Source: Myxococcota bacterium
GTDB taxonomy: Bacteria; Myxococcota_A; UBA796; CAJQPC01
DNA length: 64,000 nucleotides
Direction of reading: 5' to 3'
Assembly: GCA_036012755.1 (NCBI GenBank)
Contig: DASCPX010000190.1
Coordinates: 64,001 to 128,000 of the forward strand
The position numbers and the translations under genes are program-made. The notes below the pieces were generated by a model that worked only from the letters and a program-made list of their open reading frames with translations, made no database searches and was not told the DNA's origin. Below, in pieces: positions 10,821 through 20,791 of this stretch; position 1 is the first letter of the stretch; the number at the start of each line of letters is the position of its first letter.

Positions 10821-11087
10821 GCGGGCACCTGTGCCTGAGGGGGGGGGCTGGAGGCTTATCCCTTGCGGCCGCTGTCGTCCCTGGGGCCGGATCAGGCTCC
10901 GGCGAGCACTTCCTCGAGCGTGGCCATCTCCTCCATCAGGGCACACGACGCCCGCAGCATGGGCAGGGCAGCGCCGCTGGCCTGCTCGTAGGGGCGGGTG
11001 TCGGTCATCGAAAGTTCTCGGCGTGTGAGCGATCGAGCTTGGCGGCGAACAAGCGCTGCCGTACCTTTCACGTGGCCCCTTCTTCGC

Positions 11088-11975
11088 ATGTTCGTCGCCC
11101 TGCTCGCCTGCACCCCCGATCCCGAGCCCCTCGAGGGGGACGACTCCGCTTCGATCGAGACTCCGGCGCGGGCGCTGTGGGTCTGGGACACCTCGATTCC
11201 AGGCGACGACACACCGACGACCGAGCTCCTCGACTTCGCTGCGGAGCACCACGTCACGACCCTGATCGTGCCCTGCGACCCGGTCGGCAACAGCAAGCCA
11301 GGTTCGGTGGAGGCCTACTCGAGCTTCGTCGGCTCCGCGCACGCAGCGGGTCTCGAGGTCCTCGCCATGAGCAGCCATGGATGGTTCACGGTCGCCTGCG
11401 GAGCCGATCTGCTCGGACAGCAAGCCTGCTGGGAGGACGGGTGGAGCGTCTACGAGGCCTGCACGAGCTCGGGGATCGGCTTCGACGGCGTCATGGACGC
11501 CTCCCAGCCCTACAGCATCGCCCCCAACCACTGGGAGAACTTCTTCCCACAGCGCGGCCGCTGGACCGTGCGCTACCTCCAGGGCATACGCACCCGCGTC
11601 GGTGATCTGCCCGTCTACCACTCCATGCCCGCCTGGTACGACGACCTCGAGCCCTTCTCGCTGAACGACGGCACAGAGGAGCTGACCCTGAATGCCTGGA
11701 TCGCCTTCAACGTCACCGCCACCGGCGTGATGTCCTACCGGGACGATCACGAGGAGGTGCTCGACATCGCCTCGGCGGAGCTGCAGAACGGATCAGCCTG
11801 GCTCGGTCTGGAGATCTGCGACTCCGGCGAGGGCGACAGCGTGGACTTCCATAAAGAGGGCGCAGCGGCGATGATCCAGGAAGCAGAGGCCATCGAGGCC
11901 GCGCTTGCCGAGGAGCCTCACTTCCTCGGTGTCATGCTGCACAGCTACGCCTGCTGGAAGGAGTCCGGACAATGA
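11088..11975 (+). CDS. Lipoprotein, possibly a TIM-barrel glycoside-hydrolase-like domain
   Basis: MFVALLAC lipobox. Pattern RALWVWD...FDGVMD..QPY...GVMSYRD...GVMLHSY. Confidence 0.55.
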   Translation: MFVALLACTPDPEPLEGDDSASIETPARALWVWDTSIPGDDTPTTELLDFAAEHHVTTLIVPCDPVGNSKPGSVEAYSSFVGSAHAAGLEVLAMSSHGWFTVACGADLLGQQACWEDGWSVYEACTSSGIGFDGVMDASQPYSIAPNHWENFFPQRGRWTVRYLQGIRTRVGDLPVYHSMPAWYDDLEPFSLNDGTEELTLNAWIAFNVTATGVMSYRDDHEEVLDIASAELQNGSAWLGLEICDSGEGDSVDFHKEGAAAMIQEAEAIEAALAEEPHFLGVMLHSYACWKESGQ

Positions 11976-14254
11976 TCCTCGTCGCCCTGCTCGCCTGCAG
12001 GAACAAGGACTACATCGTCGACAGCGCCCCCCTCGAGGAGGCAGAGATCGACGACGACGGCGACGGCTTCCTCGTCGACGACGACTGCGACGACTCCAAC
12101 CCCGCCGTCCACCCTGACGCGGACGAGGTCTGCAACGGCATCGACGACGACTGTGACGATGACATCGACGAGGACGCCACCGACGCCACGAGCTGGTATG
12201 GCGACGCGGACTCCGACGGCTGGGGCGCCGGGGACCCCACCCTGGCCTGCGAGGCTCCCGACGGCCACGTCGATCAAGACGGGGACTGCGACGACGAGGA
12301 CGCGGCCTGGCACCCCGGCGCCGACGAGGACGACTGCAGCGACCCCAACGACTACAACTGCGACGGCTCGGTCGGCTACGCAGATGCCGACGGCGACGGC
12401 TGGGCGGCTTGTGAAGACTGCGACGACGGCGACGCTGCCGTGAACCCGGACGCCACAGAGGTCTGCGACGACATCGACAACGACTGCGACGGGGAGTGGG
12501 ACGAGGACGACGCCGCGGACGCGTCCACCTTCTACGCCGACGAAGACGGGGACGGCTACGGCGACCCCGACGCCACCACGGTGGCTTGCGACCAGCCCGA
12601 GAGCACCGTCGAGGACTCCACCGACTGCGACGACACCAGCGCCGACACCCACCCTGGCGCCGATGAATACTGCGACGGCGTCGACACCGACTGCGACGGC
12701 ACCCTCGACGAGGACGACGCCCTCGACGCCAACACCTGGTACGCCGACAGCGACTCCGATGGCTTCGGCGACGCGAGCACCTCCACCGTCACCTGCGATC
12801 AGCCCACCGGGATGGTCGAGGACGACACGGACTGCGACGACACCGACGCGGACGTCAACCCCGGCGCGACCGAGACCTGCAACGACAAGGACGACGACTG
12901 CGACGCCAGCATCGACGAGGGGGTGGAGACCACCTACTACGCCGACAGCGACAGCGATGGCTTCGGGGACGCCTCGACCACCGCCGACGACTGCAGTACA
13001 CCCTCCGGCTACGTCGAGGACGACACCGACTGCGACGACACCGACGCGGACGTGAACCCCGACGCCATCGAGCTCTGCGACGGGATCGACAACGACTGCG
13101 ACGGGGACACCGACCCCGACGACAGCTGGTGGGACGAGTCCTGGGACTACCGGGTCCCGGTGACCGTCACGGCGTCGAGCTACGACGTGGACGGGCCCCC
13201 TGTCCTGGTCGAGGTCGACTTCGCCGCCCACCTCTCCACCCTGGGCGACAGCGGCACCTTCTCAGAGGACTCCTTGCGCGTCGTGCTGCAGGACTGCAGC
13301 CTCGGCCTGCCGGAGCTGCCGAGCCAGTTCCTCGACGATATCGCAGGCTTGGAGGACGCCAGCGATCACTCCGACGCCTCCAGCGACGGCTACGGGACGG
13401 TCGCGTTCCTCTATGACGAGGACGGTGACCTCAGCTCCCTGGAGACCCTGGCGGGTGGTGACTCCTTCGACGTCGCGCTCTACTTCGGCACTCGCGGCTC
13501 CGCTACGAGCTACTCCACCAGCCTCTCCGCCTCCACGACGACACTGTCCAACTCACTGACATCGGTGGCCTTTTCGTCTTCTGAAGGTGGCCTGGTCGAC
13601 ACCCTCACGTATGGCGGCACGTCGGTGACGAGCCAGACCAACAGCTGCTGCGGCAACGGCATCTACTCCAACGCGACGTGGACCAACACGCCGATGTACG
13701 CCACGGGCACCAACGCCGTCGATGCTTCCGGGGACCTGCTGTCGCTTGTGAGCGCGACGGGGTCGCTCACCGACTACGACTACACCTACTGGTACTGGAT
13801 GTGGGCGGCCCGTCCGGAGCTCTGGGTGAAGACCGTCCACGAGGCCACCGGCAGCCTCTCGATGGACCACGCGACCTCCTGGACCAGCGGCGTCCGTCCC
13901 TGGGAGAGCCGGCAGGACAACATCAGCTCGGGCGCGACATTCACGAGCGATACGAGCGGGTTGTACGCTGACGTGACCAACAGCGGGGCCACCCTGGGGG
14001 TCTCCTTCGCCTACGTGATCGAGCCCGCCTACAGCATCGAGCTGTCCAACTACGACCCCTACATCATCTCGATCGGAAACGACTACAGCAGCTCCAGCGG
14101 AGGCTCCACGACGGCCGCGAGCGGCTCGGTGCTCATCGACCACCCGGTCATGGTGGTGATGCCCCACAGCGGCGCCTTCACCTCCAGCCAGGACGAGCTC
14201 TTCGGTCTCGTGGAAGGTGTGACCACCAGCGAGGGGAGCCCGGAGACGCCTTGA
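11972..14254 (+). CDS. Surface lipoprotein with Asp/Cys-rich putative metal-binding (MopE-like) repeats and a C-terminal beta domain
   Basis: MILVALLAC. Repeated DCDD...PGA.E.C(N/D)G.D.DCDG and YAD.D.DG(F/Y)GD units, followed by WWDESWDYRVPVTV. Confidence 0.85.
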   Translation: MILVALLACRNKDYIVDSAPLEEAEIDDDGDGFLVDDDCDDSNPAVHPDADEVCNGIDDDCDDDIDEDATDATSWYGDADSDGWGAGDPTLACEAPDGHVDQDGDCDDEDAAWHPGADEDDCSDPNDYNCDGSVGYADADGDGWAACEDCDDGDAAVNPDATEVCDDIDNDCDGEWDEDDAADASTFYADEDGDGYGDPDATTVACDQPESTVEDSTDCDDTSADTHPGADEYCDGVDTDCDGTLDEDDALDANTWYADSDSDGFGDASTSTVTCDQPTGMVEDDTDCDDTDADVNPGATETCNDKDDDCDASIDEGVETTYYADSDSDGFGDASTTADDCSTPSGYVEDDTDCDDTDADVNPDAIELCDGIDNDCDGDTDPDDSWWDESWDYRVPVTVTASSYDVDGPPVLVEVDFAAHLSTLGDSGTFSEDSLRVVLQDCSLGLPELPSQFLDDIAGLEDASDHSDASSDGYGTVAFLYDEDGDLSSLETLAGGDSFDVALYFGTRGSATSYSTSLSASTTTLSNSLTSVAFSSSEGGLVDTLTYGGTSVTSQTNSCCGNGIYSNATWTNTPMYATGTNAVDASGDLLSLVSATGSLTDYDYTYWYWMWAARPELWVKTVHEATGSLSMDHATSWTSGVRPWESRQDNISSGATFTSDTSGLYADVTNSGATLGVSFAYVIEPAYSIELSNYDPYIISIGNDYSSSSGGSTTAASGSVLIDHPVMVVMPHSGAFTSSQDELFGLVEGVTTSEGSPETP

Positions 14255-14301
14255 TGCAGGATCCGGATGTTCGCGCCCCGCCGCTGAGATAGGTCACAGC
14301 C

Positions 14302-14658
14302 ATGGAAACAGACGAGATCTACGACCTGGTGGTCGACGCGGTTCGCCAGGGCATCCGAGAGGAAGCCGGCGGAAACGACACTCGCATCTCGCGGCGCATG
14401 CTCGAGGGCCGTGTCATCTTCGAAGATGGCGATGGTCGGGTCGTCAAGGAGGTGCAGGCAGAGGCGCTCTTCAAGAAGGTCACCGGTGTCCGCGAGAAGC
14501 TCCGCGTGCTCGAGCAGAAGATCAACAACAACAGCAGCTTGAGCGCCGCCGACAAGGCCGATCTCCAGGCCTACATCACGCGCTCATATGGCTCGCTGAC
14601 GACCTTCAACTTCCTCTTCCGCGAGGCAGGGGACAGCTTCAAGGGGACCGGCGGATGA
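14302..14658 (+). CDS. Conserved hypothetical protein (118 aa)
   Basis: Clean ORF with typical codon usage; VREKLRVLEQKIN...YITRSYGSLTTFNFLF. Confidence 0.75.
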   Translation: METDEIYDLVVDAVRQGIREEAGGNDTRISRRMLEGRVIFEDGDGRVVKEVQAEALFKKVTGVREKLRVLEQKINNNSSLSAADKADLQAYITRSYGSLTTFNFLFREAGDSFKGTGG

Positions 14659-14727
14659 GCGAGATCGAGAGCTGGTGGAACGAACACTGAGGGCCGCGCG
14701 GGCTCGGGGCATGATCGAGGCAGGAAC

Positions 14728-15570
14728 ATGGCTCCCTTTCTGGTCCTGATCGCCTGCACCGACGAACCTCCGCCCGAGCTGGTGGTGGCCACCCAGAACG
14801 CTGGGACCACGCCCTATCTGGACCTCGTCGAGGAGTCCTCGCTGCGAAAGACCTGCGAGGACTCCTACGAGAACAACCTCTGCACCCTGCCGGCGGAGAT
14901 GGCGCTCGCGGATGCCCTCGCCGACGATCCGCCGGATGTCCTCTTCCTCCAGGAGATCTGGCACCCCGAGTGGTGCGAGGGACTCGACGCAGACGCGATG
15001 GTCGAGCCCTTCGCTTGCGCCGGAGAGGGGCACCCGCTGGACCGGGTCCTGCCACCCGGCATGACCTGGCAGTGTTCCCCCGCCTACCCGGACAACTGCA
15101 TCGCCACGAGCGACCGCTTCGACGCCGACACCTGGACCGACCTGGGCGCGGACTGCAGCGGCCCTGGCCGCACGGCCTTGTTCACCGGGCTGCTGGACGA
15201 GGTGCCCACGACGCTGGTGGTCGTCCACACCAACGCCGGCTTCGGCCAGGACGACGTCGACTGCCGCGTCGAGGAGTTCGCCGACATCGAGGAACACCTC
15301 GTGGGCCTCGACGACGTCCTGATCCTCGGCGGAGACGTGAACCACGACCCGAGCGTGGATCGAGAGGACAGCGCTGCCTTCGCCCAGCTCCTGGACGCTG
15401 CCGGCATGATCCGCCTCGAAGACGACGGGCCCACGGCGCGGCTCCTGGACCAGGACCTCGACGTGGTCGCCACGCGCCACGCCCTGCCCTACGGCGACTG
15501 CACCGTCGTCTTCGTCGACGCGGGCACCAGCCCCCTGATGTTCGACCACGGCCTGCTGACCTGCCGGTGA
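14728..15570 (+). CDS. Endonuclease/exonuclease/phosphatase family lipoprotein
   Basis: ATQN, DVLFLQEI, GGDVN, LDVVA and FDH motifs; LIAC lipobox. Confidence 0.8.
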   Translation: MAPFLVLIACTDEPPPELVVATQNAGTTPYLDLVEESSLRKTCEDSYENNLCTLPAEMALADALADDPPDVLFLQEIWHPEWCEGLDADAMVEPFACAGEGHPLDRVLPPGMTWQCSPAYPDNCIATSDRFDADTWTDLGADCSGPGRTALFTGLLDEVPTTLVVVHTNAGFGQDDVDCRVEEFADIEEHLVGLDDVLILGGDVNHDPSVDREDSAAFAQLLDAAGMIRLEDDGPTARLLDQDLDVVATRHALPYGDCTVVFVDAGTSPLMFDHGLLTCR

Positions 15571-15571
15571 C

Positions 15572-16045
15572 TCACTCCACCCGGACGATGTAGGCCAGGG
15601 CGTACCAGGGCGGGGCGACATCGGTGATCTCCACCGCCTCCAGCGGGTTCTCCTCCGAGGTGCAGCCGTTGCAGCGCAGCACCGAGGTGGTCTCCACGCT
15701 GACGGTCGCGCCCCCCTCCCCCGAAGAGCCGACGAGGGCGTCCTCGTCCGCCCCGACCACGAAGCGACCGGTCAGATCCGGCGTGTCGTCCTCGCCGTCG
15801 CACAGCGCCCACCCGTCCGGGATCTCGTCGAGCTCGCCCGACCACATCAGGACCACTCCGACCGGGAGCGACGCGTCGCCATCATGTTCGTGGTCCGGGA
15901 CGGTGTCGTGATCGTGGTCTGGCACCTCGTGGTCGGGGACGTCGTCGTGATCGTGGTCAGGAGCACTCTCGTGCTCGTGATCCGCCGCAGCCCAGTCGCT
16001 GTCCGTGTCCTTGTCTCCGCAAGCCAGCAGCATGAAGAACGTCAT
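15572..16045 (-). CDS. Lipoprotein with His/Asp-rich repeats and a phage tail-collar domain (start 16045 or 16033)
   Basis: MLLAC, then (P)DH(D/E)H repeats, PVGVVLMWSG..IPDGWALCDG..TPDLTGRFVVGA and C-terminal PPWYALAYIVR. Confidence 0.8.
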   Translation of the reverse strand: MTFFMLLACGDKDTDSDWAAADHEHESAPDHDHDDVPDHEVPDHDHDTVPDHEHDGDASLPVGVVLMWSGELDEIPDGWALCDGEDDTPDLTGRFVVGADEDALVGSSGEGGATVSVETTSVLRCNGCTSEENPLEAVEITDVAPPWYALAYIVRVE

Positions 16046-16073
16046 TCCTTTCACCTTGATTCGAGTGCGCATC

Positions 16074-16103
16074 TTGACATGCCAAGGCCCGCCTGGGCAT
16101 TGT
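16074..16103 (+). promoter_or_regulatory. Sigma70-like promoter with a palindromic operator in the spacer
   Basis: Perfect TTGACA at 16074. Dyad ATGCCAAGGC-CC-GCCTGGGCAT at 16079-16100 (1 mismatch). Weak -10 CATTGT. Confidence 0.5.
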
Positions 16104-16118
16104 TGTGTTGGAGGCAGC

Positions 16119-16343
16119 ATGAAGCTGGAAGATCTGTCGATCGGCGACTTGAAGACCCTTCAGAACGCGGCCACCGGCCTCTCCGGCGTGGACCGCGAGC
16201 GGCTGCGCCAGAGAGGAGCCGGGCAGTGGAGCCAGGTCTTCCACAAGCCCCTGCCGCTGGACGACGACGGCACCCTGCCCGAGGACGAGGGCTACCAGCG
16301 TGAGTACGTGCGGCTGGACTTCGAGGAGAGCCAAGCCAGCTGA
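16119..16343 (+). CDS. Small hypothetical protein (74 aa)
   Basis: GGAGG RBS before the ATG; MKLEDLSIGDLKTLQNAATG...; good codon usage. Confidence 0.7.
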   Translation: MKLEDLSIGDLKTLQNAATGLSGVDRERLRQRGAGQWSQVFHKPLPLDDDGTLPEDEGYQREYVRLDFEESQAS

Positions 16344-16428
16344 CCGATCGGGGGGCGCTGAGGGGGACGACGGCGTCATGGCCGCAGATCGCACCGCGCT
16401 CGCGGGCGTGCAGAATCGTGGACCCTGA

Positions 16429-16557
16429 GGCGCACCCCCCTCCGGCCCCATCTCGGGGCCCAAGGAGCCAAAGCGTATCCTTGGCAACCGAGAACCCCGG
16501 GGTTCTCGAGGCTCAACGATACGTTTTGGATCCTTGAGGCCAGAGGGGGGGTGCGCC
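16429..16557. repeat. Long imperfect inverted repeat (129 bp) with a perfect 20-bp core
   Basis: Ends GGCGCACCCCCC / GGGGGGTGCGCC, 23-bp inner arms, and core CGAGAACCCCGGGGTTCTCG at 16489-16508. Confidence 0.9.
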
Positions 16558-16596
16558 GCTCGACGGCGACGACGCGCAAGAAACGCGGAGGTCGCG

Positions 16597-16823
16597 CTAC
16601 TCGACGGGTGGCTCCACCGGCTCGTCGAAGAGCGCCAACAGCTCGGTGGCGCGGGTGCGGACGACCGCCAGCTCGTCGTTTTCGGCCAGCCAGGTCAAGG
16701 CGCCCGCCGGGTCGGGGTGGGCCATCAGCAGGCTGCGGATCGGGGCAACCTCCGGGGGCACCTCCGTCAGGGCGGGCGTGCTGGTGACGGGCGTCCGGTG
16801 CAGACGAGCAACAAGAGGGTCAT
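16597..16823 (-). pseudogene. Small putative exported protein, frameshifted near 16795
   Basis: ATGA-coupled start MTLLLLVCTG continues in another frame as TPVTSTPALTEVPPEVAPIRSLLMAHPDP. Confidence 0.45.
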
Positions 16824-18175
16824 CGGGTCTGCCTCCGCCAGAGTCCGAGCAGCGCCAACAGCGCCAGGAACACTCCGTGGGGACCGCCTCCGCAGCCGCA
16901 GCGACCCTCTGAGGTGTCGGACAGGTCCTTTGGCTGACGGTCGTCATCACCCTCCGAGGTGTCCGAGTCCGTCGGCTCCGGATCGCCGGAGTCGAGGGGA
17001 TCGACCACGGTGCCCGGAAGCTCGAAGCGCAGAGCGTCGAAGGCCAGCTGCCGCCCGAGCTCGCCTTCCTGCTCGTAGGTGTCGCCGACCCGGACCCAGG
17101 ACTCGCCGGAGAAGGTGAACGATCCCAGGAAGTTCCAGGACTCCACGCCGTGGTCGAGGTGGGCCTTTTCGGAGCCGGAGGCGTGGCTCACCTTGTAGAT
17201 GGCGTCGCGGGTGGGGGCCGACAGCCCCTCGGGCACGAAGACCCAGACATCGAAGGTGTCGCTGGCCTCGAAGGTCCAGATGACGCCATCGGCGTAGTCC
17301 GGCGACGGCACGTCGATCTCGCTCCACCAGGCATGCCCGGGTTGGCCGTCGATGTCCCGGTAGTCCTCGCCGGTGAGCGTCACGCAGTCCCCGTCCTCCT
17401 GCAGGATCGAGCCAGCAACCACCTGGCAGAGCTCCGGGTCGGGGTCAGGGTCCTCGACCTCTCCGCCGTTGCTGGACACGAAGTCGTCTCCGAGCGAGAT
17501 GTCGGACTCCCCGTCGATCGGCTCGGCGATGACCGCCCGTCCCCCGTAGGAACCGCCCGCCCCGCTCCCGCCGAAGCCCGCGTCTCGGTGCATGGAGAAG
17601 TGGACGTGCGGCGTAGAGAACGAGGAGCACTCGTCGGACTCCATGCACGACCGACCGAGGGTGCCGATCTCGTCGCCCTGCTTCACGCTGGCCCCTTCGG
17701 AGACCCCGATGCTGTCGAGGTGGGCGTACATCGTCGTGTAGACATGCCCATCACCCGGCTCGTGGCGGATGTAGACGCGCGGTCCGTAGTTGGCCCAGCC
17801 CTCTGTGGCCCAGTCCGCCTCGAGCACCGTGCCGTCGGCGACCGCCAACACAGGCTGGCCGCGGCCGGAGTCCGAGTGGTCGGGGAGGTTGAGATCCAAG
17901 GCGTAGTAGTCGTTGGCGCAGGTGGAGTCCTGGGCCCGACAGTGGAGGGACGAGCCCGCTGAGGGTCCGTAGCCGGCGATCACCCGCTCCTTCTCCCCCT
18001 CCTCGAAGGGAAGACGCACGTCCCACCCAGAGGGCAGGGAGACCGCACCGCTGGAGTGGCGCTCGTCGTATTCACACGACCAGGCGACTCCTGTGGAGAG
18101 GAGCATCACGGCGAACACGGACAGGCGGACAGCCTCGGGCCCCGAACCATAGAACAGCCGGGCTGGCTGCACCAT
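16820..18175 (-). CDS. M23 family metallopeptidase with a C-terminal beta domain and MYXO-CTERM-like anchor (start uncertain)
   Basis: YALDLN, PVLAVADG, YAHLD and PHVHFS motifs; C-terminus GRCGCGG...LALLALLGLWRR. Confidence 0.85.
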   Translation of the reverse strand: MVQPARLFYGSGPEAVRLSVFAVMLLSTGVAWSCEYDERHSSGAVSLPSGWDVRLPFEEGEKERVIAGYGPSAGSSLHCRAQDSTCANDYYALDLNLPDHSDSGRGQPVLAVADGTVLEADWATEGWANYGPRVYIRHEPGDGHVYTTMYAHLDSIGVSEGASVKQGDEIGTLGRSCMESDECSSFSTPHVHFSMHRDAGFGGSGAGGSYGGRAVIAEPIDGESDISLGDDFVSSNGGEVEDPDPDPELCQVVAGSILQEDGDCVTLTGEDYRDIDGQPGHAWWSEIDVPSPDYADGVIWTFEASDTFDVWVFVPEGLSAPTRDAIYKVSHASGSEKAHLDHGVESWNFLGSFTFSGESWVRVGDTYEQEGELGRQLAFDALRFELPGTVVDPLDSGDPEPTDSDTSEGDDDRQPKDLSDTSEGRCGCGGGPHGVFLALLALLGLWRRQTR

Positions 18176-18178
18176 CGA

Positions 18179-18877
18179 CTACCGAGCGAGCCAGCCCACG
18201 TACATCGCGTGGAGCTCATCCGCGGCGCTGGACGGATCGTCCGGAGGCGGGAGGGGGGCCTTGATGTCGACCAGGATCCGTCCGGGCCGGATCGTCCAGC
18301 TCCCCTTGGGCAAGCTGTCGGCGGCGCCGCGCACCACCACCGGCAGGATCTCGGCCCCCGCCGCCCGCGCGAGGTGAAAGGGCCCGCGCTTGAAGGGCTG
18401 AAGCCGGCCATCGGGAGAGCGCGTACCCTCCGGGCTGATGAGCACGGTGAGGGCCTGCTCCCGGATTCGGTCCGCCGCGGCGTCGAGGGAGGCGACGGCC
18501 CTCTGACGATCCCCGCGATGGATGAAGATGCTGCCGGCTGCCCAGAAGGCGAGGTTGATCGGGAATATCCAGCGAAGCTCCGCCTTGGCGACGGGACAGA
18601 TCCGCGAGGCCCCCAGGGCGGCGACGAGCGGCATGTCGAGGGTGGATGTGTGGTTGATGACCAGGAGCCGGGGACCATCGGACTGCAGCCGCTCCGCACC
18701 GTCCACGACGAGCTCGAGGCCGCAGAGCCGAAAGCAGGCACGCCCCCAGATCGGCCCCAACCACGAGGCCAGCTGGTGGCGCCGAAGGCCCAGCGTGAGC
18801 ACCGTCCCGACCACGAGGGCGCACGAGGCGAGGGCAGTCACCGACAAGCACAGCGTCCAGCTCAGGACCGTCCTCAC
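18179..18877 (-). CDS. 1-acyl-sn-glycerol-3-phosphate (lysophospholipid) acyltransferase, PlsC family
   Basis: NHTSTLD, FIHR, PEGTRS and PFKRG motifs; GTG start. Confidence 0.9.
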   Translation of the reverse strand: MRTVLSWTLCLSVTALASCALVVGTVLTLGLRRHQLASWLGPIWGRACFRLCGLELVVDGAERLQSDGPRLLVINHTSTLDMPLVAALGASRICPVAKAELRWIFPINLAFWAAGSIFIHRGDRQRAVASLDAAADRIREQALTVLISPEGTRSPDGRLQPFKRGPFHLARAAGAEILPVVVRGAADSLPKGSWTIRPGRILVDIKAPLPPPDDPSSAADELHAMYVGWLAR

Positions 18878-18899
18878 GCGACAACGGTATCGTGCTTTC
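18878..18899. promoter_or_regulatory. Bidirectional leaderless -10 element
   Basis: In ACGGTATCGT, TATCGT (+) and TACCGT (-) share the central TA, and each lies 6 nt before a GTG start. Confidence 0.55.
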
Positions 18900-19606
18900 G
18901 TGGATCGCTTCGACTTCAGGAACTCGCTGCTCACGGTCATGGAGCGCAAGCACGACCCCCGTTGGGAGAAGTTCACCTCCGGCGAGGTCCCCGCGGAGCT
19001 CCTGCACCACCACCTCGAGCAGGAGTGGGGGGTCTACGTCCGCGACTTCCCGGTCCTCGTCGGCAGGGCCTACGAGCAGTGCCCCATCCCCGAGGTGCGA
19101 CAGGCCCTGGCTGCGAACCTCTACGAGGAGGACACCGGCGGGATCGTCTCGGGCAAGCCCCACCCGGAGCTCTTCCTCGAGTACCCGAGAGGCCTGGGCA
19201 TGGACCTCTCCCGCTTCGAGGAGGTCGAGCTGGTCCCGGACGCGCGGGCCTACAGGGACGTGCTCGACGAGATGTCCCAGAATCGAGGCTGGGCCGTCGC
19301 GGCCGCGGTCGTCACGATCTTCGTCGAGGGCACCCCCTACGACAGACACGTCCTCGAACAGAGCGCTCCGGCTCGACCCACACCGCCCCTGGATCAACAC
19401 CCGCTGGTGCTCCACTACGGCCTGCCGCTCGAGGCCCTGGCCCGGGCCCACCGCAGCGTAGAGGGCGAACACCGCGTCGCCGCCTGGAAGATCGTGCTGG
19501 ACCACACCCCGGAGCAAGAGCACATCTCGGTCCTCGCCGCGATGGACCGGACCCTCGGCGCCTGGCAGTACTACCGGAACGCCGTCGGGCGTCTCTGCGG
19601 AGCCTG

Positions 19607-19607
<1 letters not shown>
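18900..19607 (+). CDS. Heme-oxygenase-like diiron redox enzyme (PqqC/CADD/TenA-like)
   Basis: NLYEEDTG...HPELF, FVEG and AHRSVEGEH carboxylate/His ligand pattern. Confidence 0.75.
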
Positions 19608-20761
<1,154 letters not shown>

Positions 20762-20791
20762 CGAAGCGTAGTCACACGACTACAGATCCCC

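Noticed and set aside
10892..11008. 38-aa minus-strand ORF MTDTRPYEQASG...
   Set aside because: Could be a remnant, but it is too short and featureless to support.
12050..13110. Regularly recurring GACTGCGACGAC motifs resembling an array
   Set aside because: These are in-frame protein repeats (DCDD), not CRISPR: there is no constant repeat/unique spacer pattern and no cas gene.
16429..16557. Palindrome as an integron attC site, 6S RNA or SRP RNA
   Set aside because: No RYYYAAC/GTTRRRY ends, no clear central bubble, and the SRP RNA is at 34506-34590. Left unassigned.
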